DNA from: Octopus vulgaris
Lineage: Eukaryota
Direction of reading: 5' to 3'
Length of the DNA stretch: 64,000 nucleotides
NCBI GenBank assembly: GCA_951406725.2
Contig: OX597819.1
Span: forward strand, 50,716,001 to 50,780,000
The position numbers and the translations under genes are program-made. Positions 42,258 through 56,400 of the stretch are shown piece after piece (within the stretch, counting starts at the first letter, position 1; each line of letters begins with the position of its first letter). The notes under the pieces were generated by a model that saw nothing but the letters and a program-made list of their open reading frames with translations, searched no databases and was not told the DNA's origin.

Positions 42258-42334
42258 CAATAATAATAATGATGATAATAATAATGATGATAATAATAAT
42301 AATGATAATAATAATGATAATAATAATAATAATA

Positions 42335-42553
42335 AAAAATATTCAGACAAATACATAACAAAAACACCAGGACTTACAAACACATATAACATACAGAAAA
42401 TTGCACTACTAGGCACTGCACACATCCTACGCAGAACACTTTCCATACAATAACCATCAGAGCATCACAACAAATCACAGCACATACCCAAGGCACACAG
42501 AGCTGCGCTCGGTAGTGAAGTGAAAGCACGCTATAAAAATAAAAATAAAACTA

Positions 42554-42557
<4 letters not shown>
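42335..42557 (+). mobile_element. 5'-truncated Dong/R4-type element in (AAT)n
   Basis: C-terminal YNIQKIALLGTAHILRRTLSIQ* plus a ~100-bp 3'UTR; AAT repeats on both sides. Confidence 0.85.
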
Positions 42558-42615
<58 letters not shown>

Positions 42616-42648
42616 TAATGACGATGATGATGATGATGATGATGATTT

Positions 42649-42709
<61 letters not shown>

Positions 42710-43033
42710 GAGGATGACGAGGATGATGAGGATGATGATGATGATGAATTTTTTAAAACTTGCAATTTAAAAAAAAATTAAAAAAGAAAAATAACGAGAG
42801 AAACTGAGGTTCCACCATCTGAACTTTGTTTTACGCTATTGCCTTTCAAAACATTAGGTATTTATACATATATTTTTTGCGTATTTGTATGTATGTATCT
42901 TTACTATAGCCATATGTATATATATGTGTGTGTGTGTGTGTGTATTTATATATATATTTACTTATATATGTGCGTGTGTGTAAATATATATATATATATA
43001 CATGCATCCATACCTATATGCATATATGTATAT

Positions 43034-43076
<43 letters not shown>

Positions 43077-43114
43077 CATATGCACACACACACACACATA
43101 TATATATATGCATA

Positions 43115-43206
<92 letters not shown>

Positions 43207-43653
43207 CGCGATAACGCGATGTACGGTGATAACGTTTTATTTGCTGATAGACGTACACTCACACAGTCACATGCACGCACACAGTCACACGCGCAGGCAC
43301 GTACATATAAACATCATTGCATTTATATAATTATGTACGTATATATGCATGCATGTATTCGTGTGTATGAGTGTGTATAGTCATACCAGAATGGGAGCCA
43401 GAGTGAAAGAGGCTGGATGAATGTAAGATTTATACTCATACAGATTGTTGTAGTTGTTTATGGGTATAAACACACATAAATACACATATATACAATATTC
43501 ATATCGCTAAATATAATATGCTTTCTCCGTAGAGTTATTAAAAAAAAATACACCTGTACCTGTTATGAACATTTATCTAATATCTATATATCTAGAAGAT
43601 ATTCTTGATATATTAAAATTTATGTTTGTATGCATAAATCTATGCAACGAGTG

Positions 43654-43685
<32 letters not shown>

Positions 43686-43844
43686 CATACACACTTACGT
43701 ACGTACCTTCGTACGTTCATGTGTACATACATACATATGCATACACCTTGATATACACACATTCACACATACATATACTTATAGATACATATTCATATAT
43801 ACATACGTTTACGCATGGATATATTCAGGCATACATACGCACAT

Positions 43845-44870
43845 CAGGCCTGTCAAATAAAAGAAGCAGAACTGTTTTGGAACAAATTTATTGGTTTACT
43901 TAGAATTTAATCAAACTTCCTTCGTGATAATAGTCTACAGTGCCGAGACACGTTGCTCACGTCTTTGACAGTCTTGGAATGCATTCTTGAACGCGTTTTC
44001 AGGAATTAGACTATGTTCTCGTAGTTGATATTCATCGTTCTCTTCTATCGTTCAAATTCAGCCATTTGTTGGACATCACGAGAAATGCAACTCAATTCTG
44101 AGCAAAATCCCAGCGAATAGTTGTTCTTATTGTTGTTTGTTCCTTCTCGAGCCACGCCTGGCTCATAGGGCCGGTTTCCCGGCTTCCTTGGCGTATAGGT
44201 TCCCCACCTGGACGGGACGCCGGTCCGTCGCAGGCGAGCTGCAAGCTGCAGGAGGAAAGAGTGAGAGGAAGTTGTGGCGATAGAGTCAGCAGAAGTTCGC
44301 CATTACCTTCTCCAGGAGCCGCGTGGAACTTAGGTGTTTCGCTCATGAACACACACATCGCCCGCTCTGAGATTCGAACGCGTGATCCCTCAACCGTGAG
44401 TCCGCTGCTCTAACCACTAGGCCATGTGTCTCCACCCAGCGAATAGAGCTATTGATAATTTGATAGTCTTTGTGCTCTTTGCTAAAAAATCACAGATAAG
44501 GGGTCAAGTGGGAGCAGGTGAATTGATGTGATGCAGTAACCAGGTTTTGTTTCTTCGCACTACCTTTCTCAAATGTCACAAGGAATCTATGCTGAACACT
44601 TTATCGATAGTTTAACTACTCAAGTGGGAAAAGTTCATGAGGAAAGATGCTCTCCTAATGAAAAAAACAACAACAAAAAACGATGAAATATTGCATTTAT
44701 AGTTCAGTTACACTGACATCATTCGTGAAATCACACAAAAGGGAAGATTAGCGGAAGCGATCATCCCTTCGCTCGCGTGGCGGCGTTCTCCGTTGTTTTG
44801 AAAGTACTGTTATCAAAAAACCAACAGTTGAAGAAAAGAGTTGCCATAGAATTTGACGGACAACCATAAG
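43845..44870 (-). mobile_element. Degenerate mariner transposon interrupted by a SINE; 3' part repeated at ~44953-45080
   Basis: Translates WLLHHINSPAPT..DFLAK and IPENAFKNAFQD..YYHEG. Confidence 0.75.
44121..44434 (-). mobile_element. SINE family C, full length, with a 12-bp TSD
   Basis: CCCAGCGAATAG at 44109-44120 and 44435-44446; tRNA-like head and (AAC) tail. Confidence 0.9.
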
Positions 44871-45149
44871 CATATATCTATGTATACTTCTTTTCTAGTT
44901 TTAATTATTTGAAACCTCCCTCTGAGGGAAAGAGCTGGTTTCTAACAAAGGTAGAATTTAATCAAACTTCCTTCATGATAATAATCTACAGTGCCGAGAC
45001 ACGTTGCCCACGCCTTTGACAGTCTTGGAATGTATTCTGGAAGGCGTTTTCAGAAATTAGACGATGTTCTCTTAGTTGAACTAGAGTAAAGTCTTGAATA
45101 ATTTTTACGGTTCCGCTTACAGCTTTTATTATAATATGCGTGTTAGCTG

Positions 45150-45660
45150 GTTGATTTGTTTTTCTGAAACCCCCAGTTCATCCAGATTTTCACATAGATT
45201 CACAAAAGAATGTGCCTAATTTATTATCGGCATAAATGTAAATTTTAAAACTGGATATAGAAGCTGAAGTTTTCGAAGTCGTGCCCGTAGCCATCCTCTT
45301 TTCCTTTGATTTTCGCAAGCATATTCGCATTAACGGCGCTTGACATTTGTGATGGTACATTCTTTTCATGACTGTCCCAAAAACAACGATGTTCAACAGG
45401 TTATGCTTACACTTCATGGAAATTTTGATGGAAATGTTCCACCAATATTCTTCGTTTGATCTTTATGTGTGTACACAGCAATGGAAGAATTTTCTTGTAT
45501 TTTTCCCAGAACAGTTTTTTTCTTCAGATAGAATCGTACATTGTCTTAATAACAATGTCATTTAGCATTGGGTGGGAAAACATTGATGACATTTTTGTGC
45601 AGTTGCTGAGCGCATGTGCGGAACCTTCAACAGAAATGTGACATAATCGACATTTTCGTT
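45150..45660 (-). mobile_element. Possible very degraded mariner remnant
   Basis: VFWDSH..KEKR-like residues across frameshifts. Confidence 0.35.
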
Positions 45661-46079
45661 TGGGGATCTAAGAGTTTCATTTTTCTTTTGTCTATTAGGT
45701 TTTTTTTGTTGCAATCTCCTACTCTTGGGCTGCAATATTTGTATGTATGTGAATTATGTATGTGAGCGTGTGTGTGAATTTTAGAAATGAACCCAGAAGA
45801 ACATACATACATACATACAACATATGCATGCATATGTGCATATGGATATATGTATGCATGCATATGTTGTATATATGACTTGTGTATGTATGTATGTATG
45901 ATCTTCTGGAGTCATTTCTAAAATTTCTTACTGATAAAAAACTAATTTTTAATATATCAATAGAAACAAAACATTTTCATTGGAATTTAAGCAGTGTCAG
46001 CTTCGTATTCATGTATGTATTTCTGTCTGTCTGTTCTTTGTCTGTACATATGAATCTGTGTATGTAAGACTAGAGTGTA

Positions 46080-47290
46080 CTTACTTCAATAGTGATTTAT
46101 CTGAATCTTTTCCTGGTGAGTGAAGTAAAGCAAGGTGATGTTATATGCACGAACTCCATGTATTTTATTTTTTACTTAATACAAAGGTAACTATATTAAA
46201 TTTAGAGCCACAGGAAGGTTGTGCAACTTCTGGAGATACTAAGATGTTTGAATCTTTTGTTAAAGTACTATCATATGCTGAGGATTGTGATTAAGTATCT
46301 CACACAGAACAAGAACCGAAGGATCTGATTACAGTTTTTAACGCATCTTGCAAAGCTTTTGACTTGGAAATGAATTTGAAGAAGACAGACGTTATGTTAT
46401 ATATGGAAAAGCATTCTTTAAACCAAAGATAATAGAGAGAGATAAAGGATTAAAAGTGGTGAAGTCTTCTACTTATCTGAGAAGTGTGCTGTCAGATGAT
46501 ACAAGTCTGGAGAAAGAGATTTATACAGAATGAAGAAGGCTTGGCAGCTTTTGGAAATTTGGAAAAAAGCTTCGGTCACAAAATAGGATCAGATTAAGCA
46601 GAAAGGCACCTGCAAAACTAGTGAGCTCTCAGTTTTATAATATGGCTGTGAAACTTAGATGACCTACAAACACCAAGTTAAGTTGCTCGAAAGGTTTCAC
46701 CAGTGCTGTTTGAGACTTATACTCAATGTGAAGTAAACCACACCGAAGTTCTAGAGGAAGATCAGATGACAAGCATTGAAGCCATCACCGTTCGGAGAAT
46801 TTGTTTTAAAGTGGAATAGACATCTTGTTCGAATGACTAATACCAGAACTCCATGTCAACTGTTTTACGGGAAACTGAAACAAGGAAAGAGGAAGCCTAA
46901 AAAGTCAAACAGCAGAAAAAAACCTTCTTAATATGAATTTGAAGAAACGTAATATTTCTCTTAGGAAATAGGTAGAACAAGCTGCCTATAACACAAAGTA
47001 GAGAAAACCAGTCTGTGATGGTGTAGTATTATTTGAGAGGGAAAGATTTCAGCATGCGTCAAACAATAATTAGAGCAATACGAAAGAGGGGGCAAGCATC
47101 ACCTTCAAATGTTACGGGCAAAAATAATCAATGTGAAAAATAAATAGAAGAATCTCTTTCTTTTGGTGGTTTCAAGAGTCACATGAGAGGACATGATGAT
47201 AAGAAACAGGTTTAAGATCTTGTGCAAAATGTATGGCAAAGTGACGAAGTCGAAAGTTGGCATGAAGGGTCATTTACAAAGTCATGCAAG
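46080..47290 (+). mobile_element. Degenerate RTE-clade LINE 3' region
   Basis: FDLEMNLKKTDVM, TYLRSVLS, YGCET*MTYKHQVKLLERFHQCCLRLILNVK, RTPCQLFYGKL and a degenerate C2H2-like end (CKMYGK..GHLQSH). Confidence 0.85.
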
Positions 47291-47360
47291 GCAAAGGGGG
47301 TCAAGGGAAAATCCGATGTCATACTTGATGACGAACTGTCAACACACACACACACATATG

Positions 47361-47458
<98 letters not shown>

Positions 47459-47593
47459 CATATATGTATGTACGTATGTATGTATTTATGTAGGCAGATA
47501 GGTATATATCTGTGCGGGTATGTATGTATCTACCGATCTGTCTATTTGTGTGTGTATGTGTGTGTATCTGTTTATCTCTATCAAACTGTCCGT

Positions 47594-47632
<39 letters not shown>

Positions 47633-47691
47633 AAGTTAGACACGGCCAGGACCAATCTTTGGTCGAAACATATTTAAGTTTATCTATATAT

Positions 47692-47753
<62 letters not shown>

Positions 47754-47845
47754 AAAATAAGCAATCATGCAGCTAGTTTTATCCAAGAAACTATATCTTT
47801 TATACATTTATACATACATATACATACATACATACATACATACAT

Positions 47846-47912
<67 letters not shown>

Positions 47913-47929
47913 TATATATGGTTTTTCAG

Positions 47930-49455
47930 AGTCCCCGTGAATACACTTCCTAAAACGTTAAAAGAAGGAATAATTTGCCCTGTCCACAAAGGAGGAAGCA
48001 GAGCAGATGCTATAAACTACAGACCTATCTTTCTGATCTCACATGTCAGCAGGATCATGGAACGCATTGTCGAAAAAAGACTGACCACGTTCCTTGATGA
48101 CAATGACTTCCTTGCAGACATGCAACATGGTTTCCTTCGTGGACAGAGATGCCGAACACAGCTACTACAACACTTTGACTGGGTACTAAAATAATAGCTC
48201 AACCATTCAAATGTGGATGTGATATATATCGACTTTGCGAAGATGATTGACAAAGTCGATCATGAGATGATATGTCACAAATTATGTGACCTCGGTATCG
48301 CTGGTTGACAGGGAGAGTGGTTGCATGATTTCCTAAGATGCAGAAGTCAGGCTGTCACAGCAAATGGTGATCTCTCTGAAGTGACACCAATCCTCAGTGG
48401 AGTCCTCCAGGGAATAGTGCTGGGTTCACTACTGTTTGTGGTTGCTCTCTCGGACATGACCCCAGCCATAAAGTGAGCCACACTCACCAGCTACGCCGAT
48501 GATATAAAAGTATCCCGGGCGGTCAAGGATCCTATTGACATCTTAAGATTGCAGAATGACCTGAATGCAATATATAAATGGGCGGATGAGAATAATATGC
48601 AGTTCAATGGCGCAAAATGTCCAGCACTCTGCTATCAGCCCACAAACAAACTAAAGCTGAAGTACACGGGACCAGCAGGCAATGTAATCCCAGAGTTAGA
48701 GTCGGTGCGTGACCTGGGAATCCACATGAGCAACGACGCAACTTTCCATGAGCACATTGCTCAGATGGCAACACTATGCAGGCGGATGGCAGGTTGCATC
48801 CTTAGATCCTTCAGGACCAGGGACAGAGATACAGTGCTTCTGCTTTGGAGAACCATTGTCCTCAGTCGTCTGGACTACTGCTCCCAACTGTGATCGTCAC
48901 AGAATGTAAAACTAATTGCGGAACTAGAAGCATTCCAACACCACTTCATAAAGAAGATAGATTCGGTAAAACACGTGGGCTACTGAGAAAGATTGAGGAA
49001 TCAGGAACTCTACTCCTTGGAGAGGAGACGTGAGAGATTTACAGTGTTATATATGTTGAAGGTAATGGAGGGTCTGGCTCCAAATTTCGGAATTGAAATC
49101 TACAACAATCACCGAGCTGGACGGCACTGCAGAGTGCTAAAGGTCCCATCTTCTCCATCGAGCATACGAACCCAATATTGTAATAGGTCGGGATTCAAAG
49201 GACCGCAACTGTTTAATACCTTACCACATAACATCAAAGATCTGCAAAATGTAGACATGGAAGTCCTCAAAACCTTTTAGACAGCTTTTTATCTGCAATT
49301 CCGGATGAATCCACATCATCAGAAGAGTAGCAACGTCCAACTCGCTACTTCACCAGAAGCAGTACTGGAATCCCTACCCCCGACACAGAAAGAGCGGTGC
49401 ACTAACATGGCCTCGTCCACTGGCTGAAACCCATGAAAGATAAACGATAAAAGAT
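47930..49455 (+). mobile_element. 5'-truncated CR1/L2-group LINE RT, pseudogenised
   Basis: PVHKGG..NYRPI..QHGF..IDFAK..SGVLQG..YADD..RDLGI..RLDYCSQL..SLERRR with in-frame stops. Confidence 0.92.
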
Positions 49456-50486
49456 TCGTGTATTTGTAAGAATTACAGGTTAAACTTCTACAATGCTTTA
49501 CACATTTTCACTGTTCTCTTACTGGCTTGTAATTTATGAATAGCCGTTGCGCTGTTTTGATTTTGGGGAACCTAGCTTTCGGAAATCAATGCAGTGTTTG
49601 TGGACTACGTAGCAAGTTTGCCTGTCTATATTTAAAATGCGTAGATATTTATAAGTTCTAGGTAAACTCTCTTTCTCTCTTATAGACACGCGCACGTGAT
49701 ATAGATATACATATACATGTACATAAATATATACATGCACACAATCATACAAACACCCTCCCCCATTCATATATGCAAACTTGCAAAAATAAACATATGT
49801 ATGTTCAATGTTAGTACGTTTTATACGTGTATTTATACATACATACATACATACATACATACATACATACATACATACACATATATATATAAATAATTGC
49901 ATGTGTGTGTGTGTGTTTGTGCGAGTGTTTTTGTGTGTGTGTGTTTGTGTGTGTGTGTTTCTGTGTGTGTGTATACACACATACTCAGCTTATTATATGA
50001 GTTATGTCATCGACACTTAATTAAAAAAAATATAATCATGCATTCTTCATTCACTCCTAGATTAGTGTTTAACATTTATAAATCTAATGGAATAGGCATG
50101 CATGTATGCATGTGTGTATGTGTATATATATATATATATATGTGTGTGTGGTTCTGTGTACGCATGTGTGCTAGTGTGTAGACCGCGTATGTTTACGTTA
50201 AGTTATAACACGATAACGTTATATATAGTGTCTTTCCTCAGCTCGGTTACTCTTTCCTATTAATATTATTTCCTTTAAACACGCATTCGTGATCTAATGC
50301 GTTGATGTCAATTAGTATGATTTGTATTTAATTTTTTTATTTTTATTTATTTATTTTTTTACCCCAGCTCCAGATTCATTAACTGCAATAATCCCGAAGG
50401 CTTTCAGTTTGGATTAGCATTGAACTAAGTTACTTTAAAACAGTCGTTCTCAGCTAGTTTTTGCCTATGGATCCCCTTTGATTTCT

Positions 50487-50642
50487 AGGAGTGGCTGTGT
50501 GGTAAGTAGCTTGCTTACCAACCACATGGTTCCGGGTTCAGCTCCACTGCATGACACTTGGGCAAATGTCTTCTACTATAGCCTCGGGCCGACTAAGACC
50601 TTGCGAGTGGATTTGGTAGACGAAAACTGAAAGAAGTCCGTC

Positions 50643-50676
<34 letters not shown>

Positions 50677-50946
50677 GACGGACTTCTTTCAGTTTTATAT
50701 ATATATATATATATGCGTGCGTGCGTGTAAGTGTGTGTTTGTGTGTCTGTGTTCTCCCCCACTATCACTTGACAACCGATGTTGGTGTGTTTACGATCCC
50801 GTAACTTAGCAGTTCGGCAAAAGAGACAATTGAATAAGTATTAGACTTACAAAGAATAAGTCCTGGGAGACGATTTGCTCGACTAAAGGCGGTGCTCCAG
50901 CATGGCCGCAGTGAAATGACTGAAACAAATAAAAGAATAAAAGAAT
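50487..50946 (+). mobile_element. SINE family B, full length, with an internal fold-back
   Basis: Family similarity; palindrome at 50623-50696. Confidence 0.9.
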
Positions 50947-50959
50947 GTATTTTTATAAC

Positions 50960-51150
50960 GGGAGTTGGCAGAATCGTTAGCACACCGGGCAAAATACTAA
51001 GCATTCTGAGTTCAAATTCCGTCAAGGGTCACTTTGCTTTTCATCCTATCGATATTGATAAAATAAGTGCCAGCTGAGTACTGTGGGTCGATCTAATCGA
51101 CTTATCCCATTCTCCGAACTTGGTGGCCTTGTGCCGAAATTTGAAGTCAT
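50960..51150 (+). mobile_element. SINE family A
   Basis: Family similarity. Confidence 0.75.
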
Positions 51151-51167
51151 AATTAAATTTTCTGTTC

Positions 51168-51570
51168 AGAGTGGCTCTGTGGTAAGTAGCTTGCTTACCA
51201 ACCACATGGTTCCGGGTTCAGTCCCACTTCGTGGCACCTTGGGCAAGTGTCTTCTACTATTGCCTCGGGCCGACCAAAGCCTTGTGAGTGGATTTGGTAG
51301 GCGGAAACTGAAAGAATCCCGTCTTATATATGTATATGTATATATATATGTGTGTGTGTGTGTGTTTGTGTGTCTGTGTTTGTCTCCTCAACATCGCTTG
51401 ACAACCGACGCTGGTGTGTTTACGTCCCCGTAACTTAGCGGTTCGACAAAAGAGACCGATAGAACAAGTACTAGGCTTACAAACTATAAGTCCTGGGGTC
51501 GATTTGCTCGACTAAAGGTGGTGCCCCGGCATGGCTGCAGTCAAAAGACTGAAACAAGAAAAAGAGTAGA
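51168..51570 (+). mobile_element. SINE family B
   Basis: Family similarity. Confidence 0.9.
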
Positions 51571-51925
51571 AGAGCAAAAGAATGATTGAAACAAGTAAAC
51601 GATAAAAGAATCACTAAAAGTTTATAAAAAAAGGATAAATTACCGTAGAAGTCGATGCAATGTGAGCTTACATGAATGAGTTTGTGAAGAGAAGAGCAAC
51701 AGTAACAATTCCTGAATGATTCCTCGAAAGAGAGAGGCTGCAAAGTACTACTCGTGGAGACGCTACGAAACAAGTGGCGTCTCCCTAACCACTAAGTCAA
51801 GGGCCTTCTCTCTGATTTAATTCTTCGATCTGCAGGGGCACACTCAGAGTAGCCCGCTTCAGTAGACCCATGCTTACCAAGCTCAACTACTTTTCTACAA
51901 ATGTGCTAGGGGTCGGAACTTCACT

Positions 51926-51999
<74 letters not shown>

Positions 52000-52474
52000 G
52001 TCTTGGTATGAAAGATGGGCTACAACAAATATTCTGCTCAATACCACGGACTTGCTTGTCAGTTGCTTGACCTTAACCAGTTGACCATGTCCCTTAGTGG
52101 CTGACGATATGTGCATCTCTGATCATGAGCAGAAGTAGTGGGGGAGCATCATAGCCATGTGTTGAGAGGGATCCTTTCAGGTTTGAATAATTCACCTCTG
52201 GAAACATGGGTGCTTCGTTCAACATCCTTAAACAACCCTTATTCAGGGACCTTTTGAGCGAGATGGGTTACTCGACCAGAAGAAAATTCTAACTGGGCCC
52301 CACCTGTAAGGACATGTGCTGTTTATCTTGATATGAAATCACCATGTCGTGCATATATGGCTGTGATGCATGTGCCTAGTATACCCTATTCAGACAGGTA
52401 GTCATGATGGGTATACTGGGCTTCGTATATTTTACCCCAGTGTCACTTTGATGGCATGCACTGCTCTCTCACTC
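52000..52474 (+). mobile_element. (AAT)n-associated element, copy 3, left-truncated
   Basis: Lacks the first ~80 bp; shares the right end CTCTCTCACTC-AAT. Confidence 0.9.
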
Positions 52475-52477
52475 AAT

Positions 52478-52537
<60 letters not shown>

Positions 52538-52538
<1 letters not shown>

Positions 52539-52731
52539 TTTAATGGATTGATCTTACTCCTCCAGAAAGTGAAGAAACAATAAGAAGAGTGCGACTGTTA
52601 TCGAATTGACATGTTTATTTTGAACTCGTGGAAGACACACGAGATGACGAAATATTGTTCATTCGATAAGAGTCGCACTCTTCTTATTGTTTTCTTTACT
52701 TTCTGGTGGAATGACACCAATCCTTTAAATA
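52538..52731. repeat. ~190-bp imperfect hairpin between AAT/AAC arrays
   Basis: ACAATAAGAAGAGTGCGACT pairs with AGTCGCACTCTTCTTATTGT, with further paired extensions. Confidence 0.8.
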
Positions 52732-52754
52732 ACAACAACAGCAGCAGCAGCAGC

Positions 52755-52790
<36 letters not shown>

Positions 52791-52805
52791 AATAATAATA
52801 ATAAT

Positions 52806-53180
52806 CTATTTCTTTATTGCCCACAGCATGCTTGATATAGAGGGGACAAACGAGGACAGACAAACGGATTAAGTCGATTATATCGACGCCAGAGCGTAAC
52901 TGGTACTTACTTAATCGACCCCGAAAGGATGAAAGGCAAAGTCGACCTCGACGGAATTTGAACTCAGAGCCCTAGCGGCAGACGAAATACCGCTAAGCAT
53001 TTTGCCCGGGAAGCTTGTGGAAGGTGGGAATGAGTCGATTACAGTGATTCAACTGGTACTTATTTTATCGACGATGAAAGGAAGAGTCGACCCCGGGGGA
53101 ATTTGAGCTCAGAACGTAAGCAACATGCGAATCACCGCTAAGCATTTCGTCCAGTGAACTAACGATTTGCCAGCTCGCCT
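52806..53180 (-). mobile_element. Two SINE family A modules
   Basis: Family similarity. Confidence 0.8.
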
Positions 53181-53253
53181 CCTTACTACTACTACTACTA
53201 CTACTGCTACTACTACTGCTGCCGCTGCTGCTGCTGCTGCCGTCGCCGCCACC

Positions 53254-53320
<67 letters not shown>

Positions 53321-53346
53321 TTAATAATAATAATAATAATAATAAT

Positions 53347-53398
<52 letters not shown>

Positions 53399-53464
53399 GT
53401 AATCTTAATAAAAATAACAATAATATTTTGAAAAGGATTGACGTAACTCTTCACAAAGGTAAAC

Positions 53465-53830
53465 AGTCAACACGACGAGCGTGATTCGATTGTAAGATAT
53501 TTTATTAGTTGAAAAATATTTCAACAGTAAATCTGTCTGTGTCAAGTTCAATATAAGAAGTGATAAAAATTCAAATTTACAGAAATCTAAACGTATTTGA
53601 ATGGTACGAAATCCATTGGTCCAAGATTGGGTTCAACACTGGGGTCTAGCGAAACTAACAGGTCTGAGAAGCCAACTGTGAGAAGGAATAAAACGCAAAA
53701 GCTGTAAAATTTCTGTAATTTTGAATTTTTATCACTTCTTATTTTGAACTTGACAAAGACAGACGTACTGTTGAAATATCTTTCAACTAATAAAATATCT
53801 TACAATCGAATCGCGCTCTTCGTTCTTGAC

Positions 53831-53831
<1 letters not shown>
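53465..53831. mobile_element. Element with ~120-bp inverted arms and a ~120-bp spacer (MITE-like or fold-back)
   Basis: GATTCGATTGTAAGATATTTTATTAGTTGAAA..TTACAGAAAT and its reverse complement. Confidence 0.75.
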
Positions 53832-53895
<64 letters not shown>

Positions 53896-54470
53896 TGCCC
53901 TGATGCAGTACCAGGCAGTGGCTCTCATGGCTTCTGATTTTAACTGATTGGAAGCGTTATCATGTACATTGTTTTGTCTTGGTATAAAAGATGGGCTACA
54001 GCAAATATTCTGCTCAATACCACAGATTTGCTTGTCAGTTGTTTGACCTTAACCAGTTGAGCATGTCCCTTAGTGGCTGACGATATGTGCATCTCTGATC
54101 ACGAGCAGAAGTAGTGGGGGAGCATCATAGCCATGTGTTGAGAGGGATTCTTTGGGGTTTGAATAATTCACCTCTGGAGACACGGGTGGTTTTTTCAACA
54201 TCCTTAAACAACCCTTATTCAGGGACTGTTTCCCTTATTCAGGGACTGTTTGAGCCGGATGGGCTACTCAACCTGAAGAAAATTCTAACTGGGCCCCACC
54301 TGCAAGGTCATGTGCAGTTTATCTTGATATGAGATCACCATGTCGCGCACATATGGTTGTGATGCATGTGCCTGGTGTGCCCTTATCAGACGGGTAGTCA
54401 TGATGGGTATATTGGGCTTCGTATATTTTACCCCAGTGTCACTTTGATGGCATGAACTGCTCTCTCACTC
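53896..54470 (+). mobile_element. (AAT)n-associated element, copy 4
   Basis: Full length; has an internal ~20-bp tandem duplication CCCTTATTCAGGGACTGTTT. Confidence 0.9.
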
Positions 54471-54505
<35 letters not shown>

Positions 54506-54527
54506 CAACAACAACAACAACAACAAT

Positions 54528-54573
<46 letters not shown>

Positions 54574-55245
54574 ACAACAACGACAACAATAATTGATGAG
54601 CAGCGGGGCATGGGCAGGTAGCTGGATACACCAAGTTGACGCTGGTGAAGGGGTCAGAGCATTTGGTGGGAACATTAGTCGGATTTATAAGCCTTTTTAG
54701 ATGTTTCTTTGCTGTGAGGAAAAAGAAAGATATGGCAATTTAGGCAAGGCTCTTTATCAAACTTTAATATTATTTACAATTTTATCAATTCATTTATTTA
54801 TTATTTACTTTTACATTTTCAGATTTTTGTATAATTTATGGAGGTTTGGTTGCTTTTTCGAGAAGTGAGTCATGTGATTTCACCATAGACGGCAAACTGA
54901 TACAGACACAACATATTTTCCGCCATCTGCAATAGTTATAGCACATGAACCATGTCATGTTCTTTCAAATTTGAAGCCATAAGCGAATACAGAGGGAAAC
55001 ACCTACGTATACAAAACACGAAACGGAAGCATAGTAGAGAAACGCTTAACCTATGTATTCTGGATAGACACTTCACGTAAAATACTAAACCAGCAGTCCT
55101 CAATCGCGGTCCATATGAAGTCCTTGGGACTTCATGTTACCTTTACGGGTCCATATAAAATTTTGTCGTAAAAATTAATGTGCAATAAATTGGTTACACT
55201 TTTACAATAGACAAAATGCTTAATAACGTTTTTAACATATTTCCT

Positions 55246-55432
55246 GGGCGAGCTAGCAGCGTCGTTAGCGCATCAAGCAAAATGATTAGCAGCATTTTGT
55301 TTGTCTTTAAGACCTAAGTTCAAATTCCGCCGAGGTCTACTTTGCCTTTCATCATTTCGGGGTCGGCAAATTAAATACCAGTAGAGCACTGGGGTCGATG
55401 TAATCGACTCGTTCCCTACCCTAAAATTTCAG
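55246..55432 (+). mobile_element. SINE family A
   Basis: Family similarity. Confidence 0.75.
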
Positions 55433-55729
55433 AAAGCATTATTGTTGTAATTCAGGTTAACAGTTTTGAAGGAGAAGTTGGTCGATACTATCGACTCTAG
55501 CTCTTGTTTAGCACTTCATTTTATCAACCTAGAAAGAATGGAAAGCCAAGCCGACCTCACAGAGAACTGAGCGCTCTCGTGATTCTGGCAATTCAATAAT
55601 AACTAAAAGATGACACTGATGCGAAGTATTTAAGCTGAAGACGGTTTAACAGAGCAGCGTTGCGGACAAAGCAATTGTCTTGTCATCTAATGAAGGGTCT
55701 GTCTGTGAAATAGGGTAGGGGGGATGAAA

Positions 55730-56101
55730 AGGGAAGAAAGGGAAGAAGAAGAAGAAGAAGAAGAAGAAGAAGAAGAAGAAGAAGAGAAAGAAGAATAGGA
55801 AGAAAAAGAAGAAGGAATAGAAGATAAAGGAGAAGAAGGGGAAGAAAAAGAAGAAGAAGAAGAAGAAGAAGAAGAAGAAGAAGAAGGTGATGATGATGAT
55901 GATGATGATAAAGAAGGCAAAGGAGATGAAGAAGAAGAAGAAGAAGAAGAAGAAGAAGGTGATGATGATGATGATGATGATAAAGAAGGCAAAGGAGATG
56001 AGAAGAAGAAGAAGAAGAAGAAGAAGAAGAAGAAGAAGAAGGTGGTGGTGGTGGTGATGATGATGATGATAAAGAAGGCAAAGGAGATGAGGGAGTAGAA
56101 A

Positions 56102-56135
<34 letters not shown>

Positions 56136-56235
56136 AGAAGAAGAAGAAGAAGAAAGCTGTGGTTCGGTTGCTATGAAAGTATTTGAGATTATCCTTGTTG
56201 TTAGTGTTGTTGTTGTTGGTGGTGGTGGTGGTGGT
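55730..56235. repeat. (GAA)n/(GAT)n tract with higher-order units
   Basis: GATAAAGAAGGCAAAGGAGATGA recurs three times. Confidence 0.9.
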
Positions 56236-56351
56236 TGAATGATAGTTGTTTGCTGACGATAGCAATGGCGGTAAACCGAAGGATAGTGAAAAGGGGAGCT
56301 ATTGGTCTTTTTGGAGGTGATAGGTGGTAACTGGGATGCTAGTTAGTAAGA

Positions 56352-56400
<49 letters not shown>

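Noticed and set aside
47844-49280. Functional reverse transcriptase
   Set aside because: It has multiple in-frame stops, a 5' truncation and no endonuclease domain.
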